Origin: Leptolyngbyaceae cyanobacterium
Lineage (GTDB): Bacteria > Cyanobacteriota > Cyanobacteriia > Phormidesmidales > Phormidesmidaceae
Length of the DNA stretch: 64,000 nucleotides
Assembly (NCBI GenBank): GCA_965263355.1
Contig: CBDHHL010000056.1
Coordinates: 320,001 to 384,000 of the forward strand
Direction: 5' to 3'
Both the position numbers and the translations under genes were made by a program. Each line of letters begins with the position of its first letter. Position 1 is the stretch's first letter. The notes below the pieces were generated by a model. The model did not search any database. It was not told the origin of the DNA and worked only from the letters and a program-made list of their open reading frames with translations. Below, in pieces: positions 1 to 8,546 of this stretch.

Positions 1-1589
1 TGTAGGAGATAACTGACTTCCATATTGGCATAGCGATCTTTCGAGTCATTGACATCGCTACGTTTACCAAATAAAGCATCGGCTTCGTCAAACAGTAGAA
101 TGACGCCTCCCCCTTCAGCTGCGTCAAAAATACGTCGCAGATTCTTCTCAGTTTCGCCGATGTATTTACTCACCACCGTACTTAAATCAATGCGATACAG
201 ATCCAGATTGAGGTCTTGGGAAATAACTTCAGCCGCCGTTGTCTTACCTGTGCCGCTAGCGCCAGAAAAGAGGGCGCTGATACCTAATCCGCGACTACTT
301 CTACCCCCAAACCCCCAATCTTCGTAAACCTGTGCACGGTAGGCGACATGGCTAGACAATTCTTGAATAATCTGTTGTTCTTTGTCGGGTAATACCAGAC
401 TATCCCACGTAGCACGGGCTTCAATGCGTTGGGCCAATTCGTCCAAACGGGGGCGGGCCTGGGTTCGACAAAGATGCCAGAGGGGGGCAGGGGTATCGAG
501 TGTCTGCCCCTGTAGACAAACTGTATGGATAGCGCTGGGGCTCAGGTTAAACTGAGACACCAGCGCGTTGATAGATGGCTGCCAAGTCTGGGCCCTATGG
601 CCTAAGCCCGACTGCCAAAGTTGACGCTGTTCTGATGATGTCGGATGATTTACTTCCAGGGTGACAAGGGGACGCTGGCGCTGACGACGACGGTCTCGGC
701 TAGTGATAATTATAGGCAGGGGAGTGGTGTCGATAAAGGTAGCGATCGCACTTCGTCGTTCCTTATTTTCAGCCTCTGAATCGTCACAATTTAACAACAC
801 CGCCATCCGACTCAAGCGATATTCACGTTCACATAGCGTTTGTACTGTTTTTAGCTGTTGCCAGTCGGTGGGTAATGCCTCAGCAGACAGCTCCTGCAGT
901 TCCAGACCTAGATGCTGGCAGGTTTCAGCTGCCACTGTTCTCAGACTGGTGCCATCAACACCGATGAGTTGAATAGCTGGTAGGAGACTACCCGACAACG
1001 CCTGAGTCCAGGCCTGTTTAATCTGGTCAATTAAATGGTGATAAGACGGTACCAACAGACCTGGTGAAGCCACCGTACGCATCAGTGCTTGTAAGCGCTG
1101 GTCCAGATACTGAACGCCTGTCAGATAGTGTAAAATTCGTTCGTTAATCCGTAGAGGGCTGGTCACTAAAGCATTCCCTCCGCCAACATCGAGCAGTTGA
1201 TAATGGCGAAGGACGGCACTGGGCGTTAAGGCTTCCCAACTGACGTCCTCAAACAGGCTTAAGGCTAATCCAAACGTAGGATAGGCACTACCGCTTGCCG
1301 TTTGGCACAGTTTGGGCCACTGCCCATCCAGCTCCATCCCTAGACATAGCAGGAGAATATTCTTCTCAAAGTGGGTGAGCCCAAAACAGCGGGTTAAGAG
1401 TTCTAGGGCAAATGGCTGACCGTTATAGTTGTTTTCTAACGTAGTTGGGGTAGACAGGATTGGAGAAGATTCAGTGCCGCTCTGTTTTTCTAATTTCTGA
1501 TGGATCTGAGCCAATGCGTGACTAAGATATTGTTGATTGGCACTGTGCCAATTCTGACTAGAGTTAGAAGGTGCCAGTGCAGCCGTCAT
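1..1589 (-). CDS. CIS-associated AAA+ ATPase (Afp15/Pvc15-like), 3' end runs off the window
   Basis: Absent from the ORF track. Manual translation of both ends gives a consistent frame from ATG at 1589 (MTAALAPSNSSQNWHSANQQYL...) to ...LFSGASGTGKTTAAEVIS...VVSKYIGETEKNLRRIFDAAEGGGVILLFDEADALFGKRSDVNDSKDRYANMEVSYLL. Walker A/B motifs are typical of eCIS ATPases. Confidence 0.92.
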   Translation of the reverse strand, partial: MTAALAPSNSSQNWHSANQQYLSHALAQIHQKLEKQSGTESSPILSTPTTLENNYNGQPFALELLTRCFGLTHFEKNILLLCLGMELDGQWPKLCQTASGSAYPTFGLALSLFEDVSWEALTPSAVLRHYQLLDVGGGNALVTSPLRINERILHYLTGVQYLDQRLQALMRTVASPGLLVPSYHHLIDQIKQAWTQALSGSLLPAIQLIGVDGTSLRTVAAETCQHLGLELQELSAEALPTDWQQLKTVQTLCEREYRLSRMAVLLNCDDSEAENKERRSAIATFIDTTPLPIIITSRDRRRQRQRPLVTLEVNHPTSSEQRQLWQSGLGHRAQTWQPSINALVSQFNLSPSAIHTVCLQGQTLDTPAPLWHLCRTQARPRLDELAQRIEARATWDSLVLPDKEQQIIQELSSHVAYRAQVYEDWGFGGRSSRGLGISALFSGASGTGKTTAAEVISQDLNLDLYRIDLSTVVSKYIGETEKNLRRIFDAAEGGGVILLFDEADALFGKRSDVNDSKDRYANMEVSYLL

Positions 1590-1593
1590 GATG

Positions 1594-1857
1594 TTAATCT
1601 CCAGCTTGTAGCAAGTCTTGCAAATATTGAATTGCTTCAGTCGGAGATAATAGTACAAATTCTCCATCGCGGAGTAATTCATACTGTCCACCCCGATAGC
1701 CGTGGGCGGCAATTAACTTTTTCTCAACCGCTTGTGTGGCTAAGTTATGGAGTTGGTTAACGCTAATCGCTTCGAGTTCTAAATTCATTTTATGCTTTAA
1801 AGTCTCAAAATCAGGTTCGGCTGGTTGGTTACCATTAGGTTCGGAAATGTCACTCAT
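1594..1857 (-). CDS. small hypothetical protein in CIS cap-ATPase operon
   Basis: 87 aa ORF packed tightly (4-6 bp gaps) between the DUF4255 and ATPase genes. Confidence 0.7.
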   Translation of the reverse strand: MSDISEPNGNQPAEPDFETLKHKMNLELEAISVNQLHNLATQAVEKKLIAAHGYRGGQYELLRDGEFVLLSPTEAIQYLQDLLQAGD

Positions 1858-1863
1858 GACAAT

Positions 1864-3141
1864 TTACTTAATTACGACTTTGGGGCTATTAAACCAGTTA
1901 AAGGTGCTGCTGTTTGAATCAGTATCAACACCCAGTAGGCTATCAGCCCCATCAACCTGTAGACGAACAAGATAATCGCCAGGTTTCACGTCGTTAATGG
2001 GAATTGTCAGGTTGTCAGTATCCGCTTCGCGGGGCAGTGGTTTAAATAGATAGGTGGCTGGTGTGGTTGTGGACCATTCATTGAGGGCAAGAATTATATG
2101 CTGCTGAGCCCCCACGGGTAAATAGGTAGAGATATATAGATTACCTGTGCGTGGATCATCGTCAATTCCATCTAAATCACCGACCTTGATTGATGTTAAG
2201 GTGGGCCGCAGCACAAAAGGGAGAGCATTAGAACTTATAAGTACAGATTGATTAGTAGACGTTGCAGACTGTTGCAATTGTTGTTTAGTGCCATAGTGAA
2301 TCACCTGTACGGATTGAATGCCTGCCCGCAGGGCCGACCGTGGAGCATCCACAAGCGATAGACTAATTTCAGTATCCGTGATTGATTGGGGCGTAATTGC
2401 AGTATTGCCGACTTTAACCTGGGTATGTTGCCCCCGTAACAACCTGCCTAAAATTCGCAGAGATGTTTTTTCATCAATGGGGGACAGGGGCCCTGATTGG
2501 GCAGTTACTTTCTCAATCACTGGCTGATGGAGAAATGGAACCATGTCACCAAAGTGTCGTTCTCTCACGGGTAGGGCCTTCTGCGCTGAAATTTCACCAT
2601 CAATCACAATGGCCATTACCTTATAAACCAGGGATAACGAATACGGAGCCTGAAAAAATGTGGACCAGATTTTAGATAGCTCATCCGTATCCATGGTCAC
2701 TGGATTAATGGTAATTTGTTGCGTTTGAGTTGTTAAATCTGAGTTACCTAAAAAAGTTGCATCGACAATGGCTGCCTCAATCATATCGGCGGTGAGAACA
2801 GTTTTGTCACTCAAGGTACGGACTACACTACCCAATAATCGCTGAGGTTCTAGTTCTGTATCGTTGCCATAGGCACTTAACATATAATAAAGGTCCAGGG
2901 AAGAGTGTCGTCGAATCGAGCCTTTTTTAGAGCGAAATGTGGCCGTATCGCCATTGCGCAGCGCATTATTGTGGGCGACCTGATACAGGAATAGATTAAT
3001 CCCCGCCTCCGGCGTGCTGCTGCCAATGCTGTTGGGCTTTAGAGTCGTGACTCGAGCCCCCTCCACATCATACTGAATCGCTCCCTGAAGCAGCCGCTGT
3101 AAGGTGGCGGTGACGGTTGCGATCGCAAGATGATTACTCAT
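1864..3141 (-). CDS. DUF4255/Pvc16-like CIS cap (tail terminator) protein with C-terminal Ig/IPT-like extension
   Basis: MSNHLAIATVTATLQRLL, INLFLYQV..N, LDLYYMLSAYG and IWSTFFQAPYSLSLVY are typical DUF4255 segments; sits next to the ATPase. Confidence 0.85.
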   Translation of the reverse strand: MSNHLAIATVTATLQRLLQGAIQYDVEGARVTTLKPNSIGSSTPEAGINLFLYQVAHNNALRNGDTATFRSKKGSIRRHSSLDLYYMLSAYGNDTELEPQRLLGSVVRTLSDKTVLTADMIEAAIVDATFLGNSDLTTQTQQITINPVTMDTDELSKIWSTFFQAPYSLSLVYKVMAIVIDGEISAQKALPVRERHFGDMVPFLHQPVIEKVTAQSGPLSPIDEKTSLRILGRLLRGQHTQVKVGNTAITPQSITDTEISLSLVDAPRSALRAGIQSVQVIHYGTKQQLQQSATSTNQSVLISSNALPFVLRPTLTSIKVGDLDGIDDDPRTGNLYISTYLPVGAQQHIILALNEWSTTTPATYLFKPLPREADTDNLTIPINDVKPGDYLVRLQVDGADSLLGVDTDSNSSTFNWFNSPKVVIK

Positions 3142-3236
3142 TCAGCCAGTTTATGAAACAACACTTCTGCTCTAGAGGTACCCACTTTATGCGTTGAATT
3201 CAACATAGTTTGATAAATCATCAGACAGCAGCGGTA

Positions 3237-3272
3237 TTCTTAAATAGATGACAGCGATGTTCTTAAATAGAT
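3237..3272. promoter_or_regulatory. direct repeat TTCTTAAATAGAT x2 in the divergent CIS promoter region
   Basis: Identical 13-mers at 3237-3249 and 3260-3272 (23 bp period). Confidence 0.4.
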
Positions 3273-3741
3273 AACGGGTATCAGCACAAAGCGAGACGAT
3301 TTCCCAAGGGAAAAATTCGGAATTCAGTCTTAGTTTGGATTTCCCGGCTTAAGTTAGATAACCTATCAACCCATCAGTAATTTCTGAGAATCCTCAACGT
3401 AATAATAAAAACCAATATACGTAATTTGAATTTTATTGATATTACATAATGATTCTGGGGAAAACAAGATTTCAGGAGGAGTCAATCCACTCACCATGTT
3501 GTTGCTGATTAAATCTTTTCATGCCTACAACTGTAGTCTTTCCGTAGAGGAGGCAACCGGTTAAACTTTGGGCATGGTTCGGAAAATGAATTTGTCTGTT
3601 ATGACTGCTATCAGAGCTTAACAGCCTACATCTTAATCGGTAACACTCATATGTTTATTATTCTGTTAACTGTGAAGATAATCTTCTCTCCGCAGCACAG
3701 AACACGATACTACAGCTTAAACTGGATGGAGAATAACTAGT

Positions 3742-5454
3742 ATGGCCTTAGACTACTTTGCGCCAGGGGTCTACGTCGAAGAGGTAGACCGAGGTAGTCG
3801 CCCAATTGAGGGCGTCAGCATGAGCGTTGCCGGATTTATCGGTTTCACCGAAGACGTACGAGGAGATGCTGAACTATTTGAACCCATGATGATTACTAAT
3901 TGGGCTCAATACTTAGAGTTTTTTGGCAAATCAGGCTCCGATGGATTTACCGATTTTGGGGCCTATCTCCCCTTTGCTGTGCAAGGTTGGTTTTTAAATG
4001 GTGGTGGTCGCTGTTGGGTAGTCAGTGTTGGCACTAAGCTACCGGGTTCGCCCAAACCTGCTGCTTCTGAAAATGCCACCAAACTGATTACCTCCAGTGG
4101 AAAACCTTCTCTTTCCTTCTATCTAAAGGCATCTGAATCTGAAGAAGAGGGCACCTTAGCGCTGCCATCCAGTGCTGGCCGATTAACGGTCAGTGTTATT
4201 GATGGAGCACCAAAGCCGTTGCCAGAGGATGCCGATGAGGATGCGGAAACCCCCATCAATAACGGTGAATATTTCACAGTGGTGGTCAGAAATGGAGATG
4301 AGGTTCTAGAACAGTATGATCACCTAACCATGAATCCAGAGGTGTTGTCTGAGGTAGCAGACTACGCCGTCACAATGTTAGAAGCCTCTGAATATGTGGT
4401 AATTGAAAATATCTCACAGTCTGGTCAGGCCCTCTCTCGTCGTCCTGCAAACGGTTCCTATGAGATTGCACCACCTCCCTATGTTGGTGAACCCGATCGA
4501 TTTAACCGCGATCTCCAAGGCAACCGCGACGATCGGACAGGCATTCAAGGTCTCTACGAGATTGACGAAGTGTCTATGATCGCCTGCCCAGACCTGTTAT
4601 TGGCCTATGAGAAAGGTCTAATCGATCTCGATCAGGTCCATGGTGTCATGGAAATGATGCTTAGCATGTGTGAGAATTCATTCCCCGGACCGGCGTATCG
4701 GATGGCAATTCTCGATCCACCGCCGGTAAAACCCGGTAAAAGCATGGACCCCGTGGAACCCAGTCGTCAGCGTCCAGCCGATGCTGCCAAATGGTTAACC
4801 ACGTTTAATCGTCGCTCTATGTTTGGGGCTACTTATTATCCTTGGATCAAAGTTGCTGACCCTCGCAACGGCGGTCGTCCCAAACTCGTTCCCCCGTCTG
4901 GCCACATGATGGGGATCTGGTGCCGTACTGATGAGTCTCGCGGTGTGTTTAAGGCCCCTGCCAACGAAACCCCTCGGGGTGTCATCGGCCTAGCGTACGA
5001 GACGAATATGCGTGAGCAAGAGTTGCTTAACCCCCTAGGCGTAAACTGTATCCGTAACTTCTCTAGCTACAACCGTGGCTTGAAGGTTTGGGGCGCTCGT
5101 ACCCTGGTTGAGCCCGACAATGTGCAGTGGCGTTACATTAGTGTACGACGACTACTGAGCTATATTGAGAAGTCCATTGAAATTGGTACTCAGTGGGTTG
5201 TCTTTGAGCCCAATGATCCTGATCTTTGGGCCAGAGTTAGCCGCACCGTCAGTAATTTTCTGGAGCGACTATGGCGGGATGGAGCCTTGTTTGGTACATC
5301 ACCTTCAGAAGCTTTCTACGTAAAATGTGATGGCGAACTAAATACCCACGACACCATTATGTTAGGTCGCTTGTATGTTGAAGTAGGTGTTTGTCCTGTA
5401 CGTCCGGCAGAATTTGTTATCTTCCGTATCAGTCAGTGGGCACCTAATCAGTAG
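3742..5454 (+). CDS. contractile tail sheath protein (Afp2/3/4-like)
   Basis: YFAPGVYVEEVDRGSRPIEGV, YYPWIKV, VPPSGH, RGVFKAPANE, LNPLGVNCIR, VWGARTL, WRYISVRR, WVVFEPN, PVRPAEFVIFRISQ. Confidence 0.97.
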   Translation: MALDYFAPGVYVEEVDRGSRPIEGVSMSVAGFIGFTEDVRGDAELFEPMMITNWAQYLEFFGKSGSDGFTDFGAYLPFAVQGWFLNGGGRCWVVSVGTKLPGSPKPAASENATKLITSSGKPSLSFYLKASESEEEGTLALPSSAGRLTVSVIDGAPKPLPEDADEDAETPINNGEYFTVVVRNGDEVLEQYDHLTMNPEVLSEVADYAVTMLEASEYVVIENISQSGQALSRRPANGSYEIAPPPYVGEPDRFNRDLQGNRDDRTGIQGLYEIDEVSMIACPDLLLAYEKGLIDLDQVHGVMEMMLSMCENSFPGPAYRMAILDPPPVKPGKSMDPVEPSRQRPADAAKWLTTFNRRSMFGATYYPWIKVADPRNGGRPKLVPPSGHMMGIWCRTDESRGVFKAPANETPRGVIGLAYETNMREQELLNPLGVNCIRNFSSYNRGLKVWGARTLVEPDNVQWRYISVRRLLSYIEKSIEIGTQWVVFEPNDPDLWARVSRTVSNFLERLWRDGALFGTSPSEAFYVKCDGELNTHDTIMLGRLYVEVGVCPVRPAEFVIFRISQWAPNQ

Positions 5455-5478
5455 AGGCGTTCTGTGGAACGCCTCTAC
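5451..5478. repeat. GTAG-type REP-like perfect hairpin overlapping the sheath stop codon
   Basis: GTAGAGGCGTTC-TGTG-GAACGCCTCTAC, 12-bp perfect stem. Confidence 0.75.
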
Positions 5479-5481
5479 GTA

Positions 5482-5574
5482 ATCCCCTCCTCGGAGGGGT
5501 GCCTGAAAGGCGGGGTGGGCTCGACTGCTAGCGCTAACGGCTAACCCACCCCGGAGCCCCTCCCAGGAGGGGAT
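5482..5574. repeat. cyanobacterial CCCCTCC..GGAGGGG palindromic dispersed repeat
   Basis: ATCCCCTCCTCGGAGGGG...CGGGGTGGG...CCCACCCCG...CCCCTCCCAGGAGGGGAT, nested inverted repeats. Confidence 0.7.
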
Positions 5575-5658
5575 GAGTTTTGGTCTACGTTTCTGGAATT
5601 CCTCTCAAGAGGAGAAGATTTTTGGTCTACGTTTTTAGAATTTTAAGGAGATGACGCG

Positions 5659-6156
5659 ATGGCTGATCTAATTAAGCCTATTGCCCCGAGTAGTTTTTAC
5701 CTGGAATTTGCCGGCGTGTGTGAAGGAGAACAGTCTGTTTTTAAAAGTGTTAATATTCCTGATTATGCGCCTAAAGTTCAGGGTGGACAACAGGCTATTG
5801 GCACCACCAAGGGTGGCAAAACTATGTGGCAAGTAAACTCAGCCGGTTTTGAAGGCCTGTTTAGCTTTGACTGTATCTGCATTGCTAGTGGCGATGGTGA
5901 CAGTACTAGCAAAAAACTCTATGAATGGTTTGAAAATTGTTTGCCAGCTTCAAATGGTGGCAAAAGCAGCTGGGGTGACAACAAAAAAGAAGGTAGCATC
6001 ACAGCCTACGACACCGATGGCAATGAGATTGCCAAGTGGCAATTTGTTGAAGCCTGGCCGTCCAAGTATAAGTGTGCCGACCTCGATGTAACAGCAGATG
6101 CTTACATTGAAGAGACATACACCATTACCTGCGAAAAGTTTAATCGCACCATGTAG
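5659..6156 (+). CDS. tail tube protein (T4 gp19/Afp1-like), paralogue 1
   Basis: FYLEF..., LYEWF, KKEGSITAYDTDGNEIAKWQFVEAWPSKY, EETYTITCEKFNR; RBS AAGGAG; immediately follows the sheath. Confidence 0.88.
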   Translation: MADLIKPIAPSSFYLEFAGVCEGEQSVFKSVNIPDYAPKVQGGQQAIGTTKGGKTMWQVNSAGFEGLFSFDCICIASGDGDSTSKKLYEWFENCLPASNGGKSSWGDNKKEGSITAYDTDGNEIAKWQFVEAWPSKYKCADLDVTADAYIEETYTITCEKFNRTM

Positions 6157-6201
6157 TTTAACCCTTAGTTCAGTTAAGAGAACAATCAAGAGAACATAGC
6201 C

Positions 6202-6684
6202 ATGGTTCAATATTTAACCAATTCAAAATTCTACTTCGAAATTGATGGAGTGACAGGGCTATCCGTCAAAACCTGCACTGGTCCTGAGATTGAGCTAGAG
6301 GTGGCTGGTGGAGATGCAGCCATTGGTGTGACTAAAAATGCCATTACTCAAACCCAATCAACCATTGGTGGCGTGAAATATAACAGCACCATTACCCTTA
6401 CCTATGTGGCTGGTAATGAATCTGATCACCAAAAGTTGTCAGAATGGTATAACGATTGTCATCCAGACACCTTTTCAGGTGGTGGTTCTAAGGCAATGGA
6501 TAGCCGCAAAACGGGTTCCTTAGTGATCTATAATCCCAATGGTAGTGAGGCCATGCGCTATAACTTTATTGACCTGTTTCCAGGGACTAAAAAACAGATT
6601 GGTAGCTTGGCCGTTGACAGTGGTGGCAACCTTGCTGAAGATACGCTAGAGCTGTTTTTCACCCAGGTTGTGCGAGCAACCTAA
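6202..6684 (+). CDS. tail tube protein (gp19-like), paralogue 2
   Basis: LTNSKFYFEIDG, RKTGSLVIYNPNGSEAMRYNF. Confidence 0.85.
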   Translation: MVQYLTNSKFYFEIDGVTGLSVKTCTGPEIELEVAGGDAAIGVTKNAITQTQSTIGGVKYNSTITLTYVAGNESDHQKLSEWYNDCHPDTFSGGGSKAMDSRKTGSLVIYNPNGSEAMRYNFIDLFPGTKKQIGSLAVDSGGNLAEDTLELFFTQVVRAT

Positions 6685-6692
6685 CCTAAGCC

Positions 6693-7220
6693 ATGATATT
6701 TCCTGAGATTTTAACCAAGGCTCGGTTTTATCTGGAACTCAGGTTGGATGGCAGTATTGATCTGATCGATGGTTACTTCATGGAGTGCTCTGGCTTCCAG
6801 CGATCGCAAGAGGTGATTGAGGTCTGTGAAGTAACCCCCCAGGTTTGGGGGCAGCAGGGACGTAGCCACGGCCACATTATCCGTTCTAAGATTCCGGGCA
6901 ACAGCTCTTTTACCAACATTACCCTCAAGCGAGGGTTAACGGTCTCCACGGCCTTTTGGGATTGGATGGATACCATTGGTGAAGGTAACTGGGCTGATCA
7001 GCGACGTAATGGCGCTCTGTGTATTTATGGACAATCGGGATTAGAACAGTTTCGATTTGAGTTCGCTGGAGCTTGGCCCGTTAGCTATAAGATTTCTGAT
7101 CTAGATGTGAAAGGGGCTGAGCATAATGTGGAAGAAGTTGAGATTGCAGTGGAATCTCTGAAGCGGGTTTCTGACAGCTGGATGCTTGGGGCGGCAGCGC
7201 TGGGCATGGCAATGAGTTAG
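6693..7220 (+). CDS. tail tube protein (gp19-like), paralogue 3
   Basis: FMECSG, NITLKRGL, FWDW, RRNG, FEFAGAWPVSY, VEEVEIAVE. Confidence 0.9.
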   Translation: MIFPEILTKARFYLELRLDGSIDLIDGYFMECSGFQRSQEVIEVCEVTPQVWGQQGRSHGHIIRSKIPGNSSFTNITLKRGLTVSTAFWDWMDTIGEGNWADQRRNGALCIYGQSGLEQFRFEFAGAWPVSYKISDLDVKGAEHNVEEVEIAVESLKRVSDSWMLGAAALGMAMS

Positions 7221-7242
7221 TTGCTTTTTGATAAATAGAACA

Positions 7243-7677
7243 ATGACGGCTATTCAACTCAGTAATAATCTAGGCTTAGCACCGCCAAAAGTGACGCCTT
7301 CTATTCAACCCATCGATCCATCTTTGCCTAAATCTGTTGCAGATGTGGGTCCCCGCTTTGACCAGCAGGTTAATGCACCGTCTAGCCTGCAAACTCAGTT
7401 TGTTTTTGAGTTGCCGATAGGCTATCTAGACAATGCTGGGCAGCTCCATCGTCGAGGTGTGATGAGACTTGCACGCACCGCTGATGAGATTGAGCCGATG
7501 TCAGATATTCGGGTGCAGGCAAATGTTGCTTATGCCACAGTCATTATTCTGTCTCGGGTGATCTTGTCCCTAGGGAAGCTGCCTGATGTGAGTCCCATTG
7601 TGATTGAAGGGCTGTTTGCGGGGGACCTAAACTATCTACAAAACTTTTACAGAAAGATTAATGGTTTGACGGAGTAG
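7243..7677 (+). CDS. phage-tail assembly chaperone-like protein
   Basis: FELPIGYLDNAGQLHRRGVMRLA..DEI, ILSRVI..LG, IEGLFAGDLNYLQNFYRKIN; family common in eCIS loci; ATG 7243 preferred over TTG 7228. Confidence 0.8.
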   Translation: MTAIQLSNNLGLAPPKVTPSIQPIDPSLPKSVADVGPRFDQQVNAPSSLQTQFVFELPIGYLDNAGQLHRRGVMRLARTADEIEPMSDIRVQANVAYATVIILSRVILSLGKLPDVSPIVIEGLFAGDLNYLQNFYRKINGLTE

Positions 7678-7683
7678 ACACTT

Positions 7684-7947
7684 ATGACACAGTTGGATCC
7701 GTTAGCTGGGGCTGAGCAGGCGACGTTTTTGCCGCCCAGTGGAGTTGTTTCGAATCCAGCAGGATTTGTTGCTCCTGCAATTATGCAGAGTAATCATACG
7801 TTGGAGGTCAAGAAAATGATGGCTCAGATGGCTATGAAACTAGCCCATAATCCAACGGCAATGCAGCAGTTTTGCGATCGCATCCACCAACTGCTCCGTG
7901 ACGATATTCAAGCACGGCAAGAGCGTTCTTGGGGGAGACGTCACTAG
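7684..7947 (+). CDS. small CIS-locus hypothetical protein
   Basis: In operon; stop overlaps the next start (TAGTG); C-terminal helix resembles the C-terminus of the giant protein. Confidence 0.7.
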   Translation: MTQLDPLAGAEQATFLPPSGVVSNPAGFVAPAIMQSNHTLEVKKMMAQMAMKLAHNPTAMQQFCDRIHQLLRDDIQARQERSWGRRH

Positions 7948-8543
7948 TGTTTAGTGAACTATTAGCGGCTAATCAGCTAGCCACATCTGTTGGCGGCGAT
8001 CTATTTGGTGACAGTCGGTCGGCAGCATCCAATGCGGCTGACTATGTCACCAGTAACCGGTTTTATGTTGAGATTGAGAGTCAAATCACCGCCTGCTTTA
8101 CTGAATGTGGTGGGTTAGGGGTAACCATCAAAAAAGAAACCGTGCCAGAGGGTGGTCTCAACGACCAGCAACGGATTTTATTAGGAACACCTGAATTTTC
8201 TGACGTTACCCTTAAACGGGGTATTAGCGGTAATCAAGTGTTTTGGGATTGGCTAAATGCGTTGTTTCAACCGCGCACATCAGGCACTGGTCTCAAACAA
8301 CATCGCCGCAACATTAACATTTTAATTTTCAACCAGGCTGGGCAAACCCAACAGTGTTGGACGTTGATTGGAGCTGTTCCCGTAGGGTGGCAGGCCCCTT
8401 CTCTACAGGCAGACGGTAATGCAGTTGCCATTGAAGAACTAACATTGGCTTACGAAGGCTTAAATGTGACCTTTGGCAGTGGCGGCGGTGGTGCCACCAT
8501 GCTGACAGGGCGTTCTGATACTGGCTACTTTGAGAGTAAGTAA
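7947..8543 (+). CDS. tail tube/tube-initiator protein (gp19/Afp5-like), paralogue 4
   Basis: NRFYVEIE, FTECGGL, EGGLND, VTLKRGI, RRNINILIFNQAG, WTLIGAVPVGW, AVAIEELTLAYEGL; likely GTG start at 7947. Confidence 0.9.
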   Translation: MFSELLAANQLATSVGGDLFGDSRSAASNAADYVTSNRFYVEIESQITACFTECGGLGVTIKKETVPEGGLNDQQRILLGTPEFSDVTLKRGISGNQVFWDWLNALFQPRTSGTGLKQHRRNINILIFNQAGQTQQCWTLIGAVPVGWQAPSLQADGNAVAIEELTLAYEGLNVTFGSGGGGATMLTGRSDTGYFESK

Positions 8544-8546
8544 CTG

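Noticed and set aside
49..1760. Plus-strand ORFs 49-327, 703-972 and 1500-1760
   Set aside because: Antisense shadows of the ATPase and its neighbour
7640..7950. Programmed frameshift as in phage tail chaperones (including the GGGGG run at 7931)
   Set aside because: No canonical X XXY YYZ slippery heptamer in frame; downstream genes have their own starts
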